64,000 nucleotides of DNA from a virus (taxonomy: Duplodnaviria; Heunggongvirae; Uroviricota; Caudoviricetes). Position 1 is the first letter of the stretch. Every line of letters starts with the position of its first letter. Positions 19,595 through 28,447 of the stretch are shown one piece after another. The stretch lies in IMG/VR virus record IMGVR_UViG_3300028577_000006; one strand, 5' to 3'. A model generated the notes under the pieces. The model saw only the letters and a list, made by a program, of their open reading frames with translations, was not told where the DNA came from and searched no databases. A program made the position numbers and the translations under genes.

Positions 19595-19894
19595 TCAGAC
19601 CTCGTCGGCGTTGATGTTGTCGTACTGCTTGTGTGTTCCAACGAAACGTACGAATACCAGCGAAAAACCGTAGTCAACGCGAACAATGACGCGATACTTG
19701 TTGCCCGCGATGTTGAAGACGACTCGCCCGCCTTTCAGGACGCTGGCCGACCCGTACTGCTTCTTGATGTCCGTTGGCGATCGCCACGCGGCCTTTTCCA
19801 CTTCTCGGTACCATGCCTTCAGCGGCTCGGCCGCGTCGGCGTAGTCCGGCTTTGCGCTGAAGTCTCGCAGCGTGCTCCACGAGAGGATGCGCAT
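19595..19894 (-). CDS. higB: HigB-family mRNA interferase toxin
   Basis: MRILS...WY...W.SP.DIK..YGSAS....RVVFNIAGNKYR...RFVGTH.QYD; toxin-first gene order. Confidence 0.92.
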   Translation of the reverse strand: MRILSWSTLRDFSAKPDYADAAEPLKAWYREVEKAAWRSPTDIKKQYGSASVLKGGRVVFNIAGNKYRVIVRVDYGFSLVFVRFVGTHKQYDNINADEV

Positions 19895-19949
19895 CGAAGC
19901 GGAACGTAGCACGCTCCCGTGGTGGGAGCAATGTCGAACACGCTCGGCC

Positions 19950-20984
19950 TCAGTCGACGATGGGCTGGGCGATCACGATCGCTGCTTCTTGGATGCCGCG
20001 CAGCTCCTTGAGCATCGGCTTGGGCGGCTCTCGCAGCGCGTTCAGGTAGCGCATCGACGCCGGCCACGCGTGACCCAGGAAGTGCTCGATGTCTTGGAGG
20101 CGCGCGCCTGCTGCATCGAGATCTCGCGGCCCGAGGTTGCGCAGTCCGACGACCTTCACCTTCGACACGTCGAGCCCAGCGCGCTTCGCCGCCGACTTCA
20201 CGATCTTCGCGATGATGTCGTGGTGGAGCGGGCGCTCCGGATCGAGCGTCGCCGTCAATGGGCACGACTTCACCGGGCCGAAGACGCCGCTGTCGGGTCG
20301 AAGGCGGTCGAGCCGCCCTGCGCTGATCCAGTGCGCTCTGATGTACTGGTAGACCAGATCGGGCAGAGGCACCTCGTGCTCACCGGCGCTCTTGGTGCTC
20401 ACGCGATAGCGCCTCGGCGAGGCGCTCATGTTCAGGTCGGCGATCGTCAGCTTCGCGATCTGCGATCGCCGGAGCTTCGTGCAAGCGAGCGTGAGCAGGA
20501 CGGCGCGGTCACGGATTCCAATCGGATCCGTCGGCGTCGCTTTCAGCATCTTGTCGAAGTCGACCCACTCGATCGGATGCTCATGCACGAATGGCGTGGG
20601 CGCGACGTCCTTGCGGTCGATGAGCGCGAACGGGTTTCGAGCGATGATCGCAGCGTCTTCGCTCGTCTTGGTCAGTGACGCGAAGAAGCTCGTGATGGCG
20701 GCCAGGCGCGTGGAGATGGTGCTGTTGCTGTAGCTGTTGTTGACGAGGTACTGCTTGTACGCAGTGGCGTCATCGACGGTCACCTCTCGCAGATCTTTCC
20801 AGCGGGTCAGATCGAGGAACTGTCGGATGCCAGTTCGGTACACGCGCCGAGTGTTCACGGGCTTGTTCGCCAGGAACGCGTACATCGCCAGCACGATCTG
20901 CCTGGTGCGCGTGGGGTCGTCGCCGCCGAGGCTCAGGACCAGTCCCTGGTCCATCGGCAGACCGATCATGTCGTTTTCGGCCAT
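19950..20984 (-). CDS. Tyrosine recombinase (XerC/D or integrase family), divergent
   Basis: N-terminal SAM-like domain (NTRRVY...TISTRLAAITSFF); RDRA..LR, K, GLR, LGHA, RY. Confidence 0.8.
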   Translation of the reverse strand: MAENDMIGLPMDQGLVLSLGGDDPTRTRQIVLAMYAFLANKPVNTRRVYRTGIRQFLDLTRWKDLREVTVDDATAYKQYLVNNSYSNSTISTRLAAITSFFASLTKTSEDAAIIARNPFALIDRKDVAPTPFVHEHPIEWVDFDKMLKATPTDPIGIRDRAVLLTLACTKLRRSQIAKLTIADLNMSASPRRYRVSTKSAGEHEVPLPDLVYQYIRAHWISAGRLDRLRPDSGVFGPVKSCPLTATLDPERPLHHDIIAKIVKSAAKRAGLDVSKVKVVGLRNLGPRDLDAAGARLQDIEHFLGHAWPASMRYLNALREPPKPMLKELRGIQEAAIVIAQPIVD

Positions 20985-21006
20985 CGGCCCGAGTCTGCCC
21001 TGGCTG

Positions 21007-21035
21007 TTGACTTGCTTACAAGTGTCAGACAGAGT
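21007..21035 (+). promoter_or_regulatory. Promoter TTGACT-N17-CAGAGT with TGTCAGACA (21023-21031) in the spacer
   Basis: Divergent intergenic region next to the recombinase. Confidence 0.55.
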
Positions 21036-21046
21036 CTCGGTTCGAC

Positions 21047-21286
21047 ATGAAGATCTCCGACTTCACGACGGAAGGTAGCCCCCGCGTCGGCCTCAAGGTG
21101 AAGGTTCAGGTCCCCGCTGCGCAACGCGCTCAGCTCAAGGGGGTAGCCGTGGATCCGAAGGGCGTGCTCGTCGGTGAGTTTCTTCGCTTCAGCGCGAAGG
21201 GTCGAAAGGTGCTACTCGTTCTGCGTGTCGGTCGTCGTCTGGTGGAAGTTCGCCCCCAGGATGCGATCGAGACAGTGGCAGCGTGA
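21047..21286 (+). CDS. Small SH3/KOW-like beta protein
   Basis: Basic, beta-strand pattern. Confidence 0.5.
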   Translation: MKISDFTTEGSPRVGLKVKVQVPAAQRAQLKGVAVDPKGVLVGEFLRFSAKGRKVLLVLRVGRRLVEVRPQDAIETVAA

Positions 21287-21334
21287 GTCGGTAGACCTTT
21301 CGGTGCGGGCTGGGCGTCCGCCGGGAGAGCGCGT

Positions 21335-22615
21335 GTGTCCGGACCTCTGGGCGACAGCATCTTCAAGGTGAGGCCCGTGTACTTCCTCTACCGGGTTTGC
21401 GGCGAAAGGGGCGCGGCCGAGCTTCGGTTCCTCGAAGAGAGTCGCCTCTTCACCGAAGATGCGGAGCCGCACCTGGAGGCTGTTCTCCGAGAGAAGTACG
21501 GGCCCGGGCGCTACCAGGTCATGTCGGCCGTGGACGGCGGCCCGCAGCGTTATGTGAAACGCATCGATGTCGCTGCGCCACAGGCAGTCGCTGCGCCGTC
21601 GTCGGTCGTTCCACCGCTGCCTCTTCAGTCCGTCGTCGTCGAGACGATGCCGCTCCACATGTTGGCGCCGATGTTGTTGGGCGCTGCGGAGTCAGACGGG
21701 ACGTTGGCACCGGGACTTGCGCGCTCGATCATCGGCGGATGGTTGTCGACGCTCACCATCACCACCGAACGTGAGACATTCGCGCATCCGTGGATGCCGC
21801 TGATGCCGATGTTCGACGAGCACTCGGATTCGCAGATCTACGCCACCTTCGTCACGCACGGCTTCCTCGAAGATCGAGCGGTCTTGAAGGAGCACATCCT
21901 CGATGGCATCTCGATGGTGCGCGTCTGTTGCGAGCGCGAGTCGGCGAAGAGCTGGCTGAGCCAAGATCAGAACCGTGGCACGTGGTATCTGTGGCTCGAC
22001 GACGAGCGCGATCCGGCCGTCGTGCTCGCAGCCGACAACGGCGAAGCGATGCTCGGCGCGCGCTACCAGCAGTACGTCGATGCGGGACTTCTCGACGTCA
22101 GCTGGCGCTGGGCGAAGTCGGCGCAGCAGGCGATGGACTTCGTCGAGGAGTTCGGTCATCCGAAGATCATGGCGCTCGACCACGACCTCGGGCCGGGTCC
22201 AAACACGATGGCCTTCATCCGATGGATGAGCGACGGCGGCTGGCACCAGCCGAAGTGGTACGTGCATTCGGCGAACCCCGTCGGAGCCGAGAACATCAAC
22301 GCCTTCATGCGCTCGTGGGAGAAGTACATGAAGGGTGAGGGGCCGATGACCGCCTCGGCACATGAGGCGGCAGAAGCGCCGCCGGGAGAGGCGAGCGAGG
22401 CGGCCGAGCGTACGCCAGCCTGGTACTACGCGAATGTGATCCGAGCGGTGCCGTACACGGCCGACCCGCTCGGAAACGATGCGATCGACGAGAGCGACGA
22501 CGAGAGCGACGACGAAGCTGACGATCCGCAGGCCATGTTCGACAACTGCGCCGCATCGGTAGACGAGCTGGAGGCGCAGGAAGCCCGCGAGCATTTGCGT
22601 CACCACGGCGAATGA
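21335..22615 (+). CDS. Multidomain protein containing a cyclic-phosphate-processing receiver (cREC-like) domain
   Basis: About 21980-22335: YLWLDDERDP...MALDHDLG...VHSANPVGAENI; acidic tail. Confidence 0.7.
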   Translation: MSGPLGDSIFKVRPVYFLYRVCGERGAAELRFLEESRLFTEDAEPHLEAVLREKYGPGRYQVMSAVDGGPQRYVKRIDVAAPQAVAAPSSVVPPLPLQSVVVETMPLHMLAPMLLGAAESDGTLAPGLARSIIGGWLSTLTITTERETFAHPWMPLMPMFDEHSDSQIYATFVTHGFLEDRAVLKEHILDGISMVRVCCERESAKSWLSQDQNRGTWYLWLDDERDPAVVLAADNGEAMLGARYQQYVDAGLLDVSWRWAKSAQQAMDFVEEFGHPKIMALDHDLGPGPNTMAFIRWMSDGGWHQPKWYVHSANPVGAENINAFMRSWEKYMKGEGPMTASAHEAAEAPPGEASEAAERTPAWYYANVIRAVPYTADPLGNDAIDESDDESDDEADDPQAMFDNCAASVDELEAQEAREHLRHHGE

Positions 22616-22902
22616 TGTCCCGCGTCGTCCACTGCAAGAAGGCGCGCTACGACGTCTACATCGGCCGCAGCAAGGAAGCGCTCGGCTGGGGCAACCCGTT
22701 CAGCCACAAGGCCGGCACGCTCGCCGAGTATCGAGTCGCAACGCGCGAAGAGGCGATCTCGAAGTACGAAGCGTGGTTGCTGGCGCAGCCCGAACTCGTT
22801 GCGCGCGTGAAGCGTGAGCTGCGGGGTCGCGTTCTCGGGTGTTGGTGTTCGCCGCTTGCGTGTCATGGCGACGTTCTCGCTCGGATCGCGAACGAGGACT
22901 AG
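22612..22902 (+). CDS. DUF4326 protein
   Basis: YDVYIGR...WGNPF...REEAI..Y..W...ELRG..LGCWC.P..CHGDVL. Confidence 0.9.
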   Translation: MMSRVVHCKKARYDVYIGRSKEALGWGNPFSHKAGTLAEYRVATREEAISKYEAWLLAQPELVARVKRELRGRVLGCWCSPLACHGDVLARIANED

Positions 22903-23171
22903 TTCACCTCGGCACGCGCGCTCTTGCTCCCCACCGACATCACGTAGCCGCGCTCGTACGGAGCGCACGGGATCACGAACACCTCGAACGGTGCGTACTC
23001 TTCGCCACGGGGCACCTCCAGGGGCCCCAAGACGCTGCTGCCTGTGATCCTCTCCCCGAGCCAGACCGGCCCGTCGGTCAGGTCGGTGCCAGATCGCAGC
23101 GCGTCGGCGACCGTCCCTTCGATGATCTCGATGAGCCCGCGGCTACGGTGAAAGATCGCGAAAGTCGACAT
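22899..23171 (-). CDS. Hypothetical protein
   Basis: Short ORF from a divergent promoter. Confidence 0.5.
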   Translation of the reverse strand: MSTFAIFHRSRGLIEIIEGTVADALRSGTDLTDGPVWLGERITGSSVLGPLEVPRGEEYAPFEVFVIPCAPYERGYVMSVGSKSARAEVN

Positions 23172-23271
23172 GCCGGCGAGCATACACCAGCCGCCGGGCC
23201 GGCCAGAGTGTGTCGGAAGCTCTTGACGAAGTGTCTGACAGCGTGCCAGGGTCGACCGTCTGGAGGATCGC

Positions 23272-23796
23272 ATGGCCATCACACTCGAACGTCGTTTCGT
23301 TCCCGGTACCCACAAGGTGGTCCGCGCGCCCGAGGTCGAGTCCCTCACAAGCGCTGGCTGGCGCATCGTGCGCGTGATGGAAACGGCCGTTCCGATCAGG
23401 TACACGGTCAAGGGCGCCGAGCAGGGCAATCAAGCCAACGGCTGGATAAACACGCCTGCCGAAGTGCTCGAAGAGATCGGTACCGTACCGGTGTTCCTGG
23501 TGGCCCAGGATCGCGATACGGAAATGGCCACCTTGCGCGAACAGCTGCAAAAGTCTCAGGAGTCCGAAGAGTCGGCGAAGCACAGCGCGGCGTCAGGGGC
23601 CGCCTTCGTCAAGAAGCTCTCGGCGGATTGCGCTCAAGAGAAGACGGGGCACGACGCGGCAAAGGCGTCCCTGGCCGAGGCGCGCGCGCAGCTTCAGAAG
23701 TCGCGAGAGCACGCGCGCAAGGTCGAAGCCGACATCGGCAAGCTGCGCTCGGCGCTCGGCGAGCTGCGCATGAAGGAAATACTGGATCCCAAATAG
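23272..23796 (+). CDS. Coiled-coil protein
   Basis: GGAGG RBS; TGTCTGACA at 23232-23240 upstream. Confidence 0.7.
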   Translation: MAITLERRFVPGTHKVVRAPEVESLTSAGWRIVRVMETAVPIRYTVKGAEQGNQANGWINTPAEVLEEIGTVPVFLVAQDRDTEMATLREQLQKSQESEESAKHSAASGAAFVKKLSADCAQEKTGHDAAKASLAEARAQLQKSREHARKVEADIGKLRSALGELRMKEILDPK

Positions 23797-23868
23797 CATC
23801 TTGCGTAGACGCGTATCGGCATTACTATCGCCGAGCGTGCAACTAGCACTATGAGAAAGAGGAACCAA

Positions 23869-24279
23869 ATGGCAACGTCCAACGAGATTCGTGAAGCGAT
23901 CGATCAGTTCGTTTCGAAGATGTCGGACATCTTCCGCCGGCAGAGCCTGGAGCAGATGACGCGCGTCCTGTCGGGCGAGATGCAGACCCGGGGACCAGGA
24001 CGTCCGCGCAAGACGGCGCTGGCCGTGACGCACGGCGTGACGGGCAGGCCCGGCATTCGGCGCGATCCGGAAGCGCTCGCCGCGACGGTCAAGGATGTCG
24101 GCGCGTACATCCATGCCCATCCGGGCCAGGGCGTCGAGCAGATCAAGGTCGCGCTCGGCCGCACCAGCAAGGAGCTGGCGCTCCCGATCAAGAAGCTTCT
24201 CGCGGCCAAGGTCGTCTCGACGAAGGGCCAGAAGCGCGCGACGAAGTACTTCCCCGCTGGCAAGGGCGTGAAGGGCTGA
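23869..24279 (+). CDS. AT-hook plus winged-helix nucleoid-associated-type DNA-binding protein
   Basis: RGPGRPRK; HPGQGVEQIK.ALG.TSKELALPIKKL...KGQKRATKYF; own promoter TTGCGT-N16-TACTAT. Confidence 0.75.
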   Translation: MATSNEIREAIDQFVSKMSDIFRRQSLEQMTRVLSGEMQTRGPGRPRKTALAVTHGVTGRPGIRRDPEALAATVKDVGAYIHAHPGQGVEQIKVALGRTSKELALPIKKLLAAKVVSTKGQKRATKYFPAGKGVKG

Positions 24280-24282
24280 ACC

Positions 24283-24786
24283 ATGACGGTCGCCGAGATG
24301 GACGAGTGGATAGCGTCGCTGAGGGACAAGCTCCTCAGCGGCGAAGTGTATGTGCAAGCCATCGGGCCGGCGCCGCACGAGGCCGACATCTCGGGGCCGG
24401 TCGTCACGCTCATGCAGCGCTACGAAGAGATGCGCGCGTCCTCTCACGCGCTCACGCAGCAGGAACGCATCGACGAACGTATCCGCGCGTTTCGCGAGGC
24501 GCAGTCTGCAATACTGGCGGCCAACATCCTGCCGGGTGGTAACGGCGGCATCGCTCGCGATTCCATGCAGAACGTCTTCAATCGTCTCGTGGACTCGTAT
24601 CAGTTCGACGCCATGCGCAAGGAAGCGGCGGAGTATCGTGCTCAGGCCGAGGCCGAGTGGGCTCGCGACAACAAGTCGTATTCGCAGCAGCTGCACAATC
24701 GGGCGGCAGTCGTCGAAGGGCGCATCGCCGACGCTTTGAGCTACGAAGCGAGCCGGGCGAAGACCGAGCGCGCGCACAAGGGGTAG
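24283..24786 (+). CDS. Hypothetical protein
   Basis: Operon packing. Confidence 0.6.
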   Translation: MTVAEMDEWIASLRDKLLSGEVYVQAIGPAPHEADISGPVVTLMQRYEEMRASSHALTQQERIDERIRAFREAQSAILAANILPGGNGGIARDSMQNVFNRLVDSYQFDAMRKEAAEYRAQAEAEWARDNKSYSQQLHNRAAVVEGRIADALSYEASRAKTERAHKG

Positions 24787-24789
24787 GCG

Positions 24790-25611
24790 ATGGGGCTTCC
24801 GATCTATCTGTTCGATATCGCCGCGTATCTGCACCGCGCGATGTACGTGGTGTACGGCGACAAGACGGCGGAGACGTCGCCGGACGACCGGCGCTTCATC
24901 GAGCACGCCTGCGGCATGCTGGCGAACACGATGGAGAAGCTGGACGTCAGGCGCATGGCCGTCGTCTGCGACTCGACGGAGTCGTCGCTGCGCTGTGCGA
25001 TCTATCCGCAGTACAAGGCAGATCGGAAGCCTCACACGCCCGTCTTCGCGGCCCAGGCGCCGCGCTTCTTCGATGCTCTGCGCGACATCAGCGTCGCCGT
25101 TGTTCATGTGCCGTGTTACGAGGCGGACGATCTGATCGCGACGTTGAACGGCCAGGAGCCGAACACGCCGTACGTGATCGTGTCGTCGGACAAAGACCTT
25201 CTCGGTTGCCTTGGCGAGTGGACACGGTACTTCGATCCGATGAAGGGCATCGAGGTTACCCGCGAGGACGTCGTGGCCAAGTTCGGCATCAAGCCGAGCG
25301 AGATGTACGACTACCTCGGCCTCGTCGGCGACACGTCAGACGGCATTCCTGGCGTGCCTTCGATCGGGGCCAAGTCGGCAGCTGCGATCCTCCACGACTT
25401 CGGGACGCTCGACGATCTCTACGATCCGCAGCGGGCGACCGCATTCGAGGAGTCGATCGGCAAGGCCAAGCGCGCGAAGCTGCTGGAGTACAAGGACCAG
25501 GCTTTCCTGTCGCGCCAGCTCGCTCGTCCGTGGCTCTGCAAGGAACTCGCGCTCACCGGCGATGCGTTCAATGCGCCGCCGCCGAGCGCGGTGAGGAGTG
25601 CGCTCTCATGA
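24790..25611 (+). CDS. 5'-3' exonuclease / flap endonuclease (PolI N-terminal type)
   Basis: YPQYKADR, YEADDLIAT, SSDKDL, LVGDTSDGIPGVPSIGAKSA. Confidence 0.93.
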   Translation: MGLPIYLFDIAAYLHRAMYVVYGDKTAETSPDDRRFIEHACGMLANTMEKLDVRRMAVVCDSTESSLRCAIYPQYKADRKPHTPVFAAQAPRFFDALRDISVAVVHVPCYEADDLIATLNGQEPNTPYVIVSSDKDLLGCLGEWTRYFDPMKGIEVTREDVVAKFGIKPSEMYDYLGLVGDTSDGIPGVPSIGAKSAAAILHDFGTLDDLYDPQRATAFEESIGKAKRAKLLEYKDQAFLSRQLARPWLCKELALTGDAFNAPPPSAVRSALS

Positions 25612-25970
25612 AGAAGTTTCTTGTCGTCGAGCATCAGGCCGGCGAGGGCTGCGACTATTCGATTGGCTGTGGCGTTCTCACGTACGAGGTCGAGGCAGAG
25701 TCGATGGATGCTGTGCTGGCGCAGCTGAAGAGCGCTGCGTTCTCGGAGGGAGAGTCTTCGGACGAAGAGGGCGGAGGCCTGCTCGCTACACAAGAGCGCA
25801 AGCGAGGCGTGGCTTGTGTGTACGAAATCGTAGCCGCGAAGCCGCTTCCGCTCGCCGAGTGGCGCAAAGAGCTTCGCGCGGCTGGAGAGAAGGAAGCGCA
25901 GGAGGCCAAGGAGCGCGACGAGCGCGAGACGTTGGCCAAGCTCCAGAAGAAGTACGGAGCAAAAGCATGA
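25608..25970 (+). CDS. Hypothetical protein
   Basis: ATGA coupling. Confidence 0.6.
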   Translation: MKKFLVVEHQAGEGCDYSIGCGVLTYEVEAESMDAVLAQLKSAAFSEGESSDEEGGGLLATQERKRGVACVYEIVAAKPLPLAEWRKELRAAGEKEAQEAKERDERETLAKLQKKYGAKA

Positions 25971-25977
25971 GGGCCGC

Positions 25978-26370
25978 ATGAAGCGTCTGTTGCGCAAGAA
26001 GCGTCATCTCGGCGAGTACGCCCAATACGGATTCTCGGTGGCCGGCATCGGTCCCGTGATGACGGACGACGAGCAGAACAAGCTCCTCGACGACTGCATC
26101 AGCTTCGTCCAGTCGATGAACATCGGCATCGGCGGTGCGGTCGGCTCCAAGATCGACTTCTTCGCCGCGCGTCTGTGCATCCGCCGCAACTGCGTGAACT
26201 GCAATCGCCGCTTCGGTCGTGATCGTCCCATGAAGGCGATCTCGGATGCGGAGCGCGAGGCGATCGTCTCCTGGTTCGTGCAGCGCGGTGTGACAGTGGC
26301 TGCCGGAGCGCTTGTGGACGTCTGGCATCACACCGAGGCCGAGTTCGACGCGGCGGAGCCGAAGCTGTGA
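25978..26370 (+). CDS. YggL/DUF469-like protein
   Basis: N-terminal RLLRKKRHLGEYAQYGF and C-terminal R.AI..W....V....LVDVW match the YggL pattern. Confidence 0.6.
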   Translation: MKRLLRKKRHLGEYAQYGFSVAGIGPVMTDDEQNKLLDDCISFVQSMNIGIGGAVGSKIDFFAARLCIRRNCVNCNRRFGRDRPMKAISDAEREAIVSWFVQRGVTVAAGALVDVWHHTEAEFDAAEPKL

Positions 26371-28097
26371 AGCGAGCTGGAGATCACGTGAAGAAAGTTG
26401 GTCGCACATTCCGGGTGGATGACGCGGGCGCGCTCTGGTGCGACGTGGACACGCTCGTTGACACTCGGCTGCTGATTCAGGCGAATAGTGGAGGCGGAAA
26501 GTCTGTCACGATTCGCCGTATCCTGGAGCAGACGCACGGCTTCGTGCAGCAAATCGTGCTCGACCTGGAAGGCGACTTCGCGACGCTGCGTGAGAAGTTC
26601 GACTACGTGTACGCCGCGAAGTCCGGCGCAGACACCGTTGCGCAGCCTCGGTCGGCAGCACTACTGGCGACTCGACTTCTGGAGCTTCGCGTATCGGCGA
26701 TCATCGATCTGTACGAGCTTCAGGCCCATGAGCGTATCCGCTTCGTACGGCTCTTCCTGGAGTCGATGATGAACGCGCCGAAGTCGCTGTGGCATCCGGT
26801 GCTCGTCGTCGTGGACGAAGCGCATCTGCTCTGTCCGCAGACGGGCAGCGCAGAGAGCGCGGCGGCCGTGATCGACCTCGCGTGTCGCGGACGCAAGCGC
26901 GGGTTCTGCGCGGTGCTCGCGACGCAGCGCTTGCAGAAGCTGCACAAGGATGCTGCTGCCGAGTGCAACAACAAGCTCATCGGTCGCACGAACCTCGACC
27001 TCGACCTCGCGCGCGCCTGCGACGAGCTTGGGTTCCCGAAGGCTCGGTGGAACGAGCTTCGCGGCCTGCCACCAGGGCAGTTCTTCGCAACGGGACCCGC
27101 ATTCAGCGTGCCGGGCGTCGTGCCCGTGAAGGTCGGCAAGGTGCTGACGACGCATCCCAGCGCGGGCGTGCGCAAGCACGCGAAAGCGCCGCCTCCGCCA
27201 ACGTCGGCGATCCGAGCGCTGTTGCCGAAGCTCGCCGATCTGCCGGCGGAAGCCGAGGAACAGACGCGGACGATGGATGCCCTTCAGAAAGAGAACGCCA
27301 CGCTCAAGCGCGAGCTTGCGGCGCAGAAGAAGGTCGTCCCACCGCCGCCGAAGCCATTGCCGCCGGTGCGCGTGGAGGTGCCTGTCATCGATCCGAAGAC
27401 TCGGACCTTGATGACCGATCTCCGCACGTCACTCGATGGGCTCATGAAGAAGGTCTCCGTGTCTCCGCGCTCGATGGAGCGATGGGCGCAGCCTCCCAAG
27501 GCGACGGCTACGGAGATTCGAGCGGCTGCCGGTATCACACGAGCGCAGGAGCGCGTGGCGCTCGGTGCGATGCGGGACGAGGGCTTGTTGCCGAAGCGCG
27601 GCAAGGGCGAGCCGCCGTACGTGGTCATCTCGAAGCCTGATGTGCTGCCGAAGGGGCAGCGCGCGATCTTGACTGTGCTCGCGCAGAGCGATGGCGGATC
27701 GTCCAAATCACGCACGGCCATTCTTGCTGGCTACTCGCCCGGCGGCGGCGGCTTCAACAACTATCTCGGCGAGATGCGGAAGTTCGGCTACATCACAGGC
27801 ACCGACCCGCTGGAGATCACCGATGATGGTCGTCACGCCCTCGGCGACTATCAGCAGTTGCCCACCGGCCGCGATCTCGTCGACTTCTGGCTCGCGAAGT
27901 GCGACAAGGCCGAACGCGCGATCATCAGCGTCCTCGTGGACGTGTACCCGGATTCGCTCGTGAAGGCGGACCTCGCCGAGCGCGCTGGCTACGCGCCCGA
28001 TGGCGGCGGCTTCAACAATGCTCTTGGGCGCCTGCGTACGATGGAGCTGATTCAGGGCAGGGGCGAGCTTCGTGTGGTCGACGCTCTCGGAGGTTAG
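26367..28097 (+). CDS. HerA/FtsK-like (DUF87) P-loop ATPase with two C-terminal winged-helix repeats
   Basis: Walker A ANSGGGKS, Walker B VVVDEAH, GRKRG...ATQR; duplicated AGY.P.GGGFNN.LG. Confidence 0.85.
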   Translation: MKRAGDHVKKVGRTFRVDDAGALWCDVDTLVDTRLLIQANSGGGKSVTIRRILEQTHGFVQQIVLDLEGDFATLREKFDYVYAAKSGADTVAQPRSAALLATRLLELRVSAIIDLYELQAHERIRFVRLFLESMMNAPKSLWHPVLVVVDEAHLLCPQTGSAESAAAVIDLACRGRKRGFCAVLATQRLQKLHKDAAAECNNKLIGRTNLDLDLARACDELGFPKARWNELRGLPPGQFFATGPAFSVPGVVPVKVGKVLTTHPSAGVRKHAKAPPPPTSAIRALLPKLADLPAEAEEQTRTMDALQKENATLKRELAAQKKVVPPPPKPLPPVRVEVPVIDPKTRTLMTDLRTSLDGLMKKVSVSPRSMERWAQPPKATATEIRAAAGITRAQERVALGAMRDEGLLPKRGKGEPPYVVISKPDVLPKGQRAILTVLAQSDGGSSKSRTAILAGYSPGGGGFNNYLGEMRKFGYITGTDPLEITDDGRHALGDYQQLPTGRDLVDFWLAKCDKAERAIISVLVDVYPDSLVKADLAERAGYAPDGGGFNNALGRLRTMELIQGRGELRVVDALGG

Positions 28098-28100
28098 GAC

Positions 28101-28301
28101 ATGACGCTCGACGACGCAGTGAGACACGCAGCGAAGATGCAGCTGACGGGACAGGACGCCATCGCGGTGCATGTTCTGGCCGAGGCCAGCAAGCGCATCC
28201 TGAAGATGAAGCGGCCGATTCGAGATCTCGCCGAAGCGATCTCGCCCGCGGCCAATCTGAATCAGGTCGACCTGCTCGGCGCCGAACAGAAGGAAGAGTG
28301 A
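28101..28301 (+). CDS. Hypothetical protein
   Basis: GGAGG RBS. Confidence 0.55.
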   Translation: MTLDDAVRHAAKMQLTGQDAIAVHVLAEASKRILKMKRPIRDLAEAISPAANLNQVDLLGAEQKEE

Positions 28302-28447
28302 TGCATCACGCAGACCCGGCGATCGAGTGCGACGAAGACGCGTCGACAGAAGTTGTCACCATGGATATGCGCGACATGTGGAAAAAGGTCGCGGATCGCC
28401 GCCGCCCGTCGGCGCTCGCGGCACACGGGCGTGGAAGAAGGCGCTTC

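Noticed and set aside
19920-21050. att or dif site beside the recombinase
   Set aside because: No convincing core repeat or 11-6-11 inverted arrangement could be identified by eye.
23593-25107. Long antisense or alternate-frame ORFs (for example 23593-25107, 28262-29719, 31023-32312, 62983-63912)
   Set aside because: They are shadows of real genes in high-GC DNA: Arg/Ala-rich, without motifs, and opposite well-supported coupled genes.
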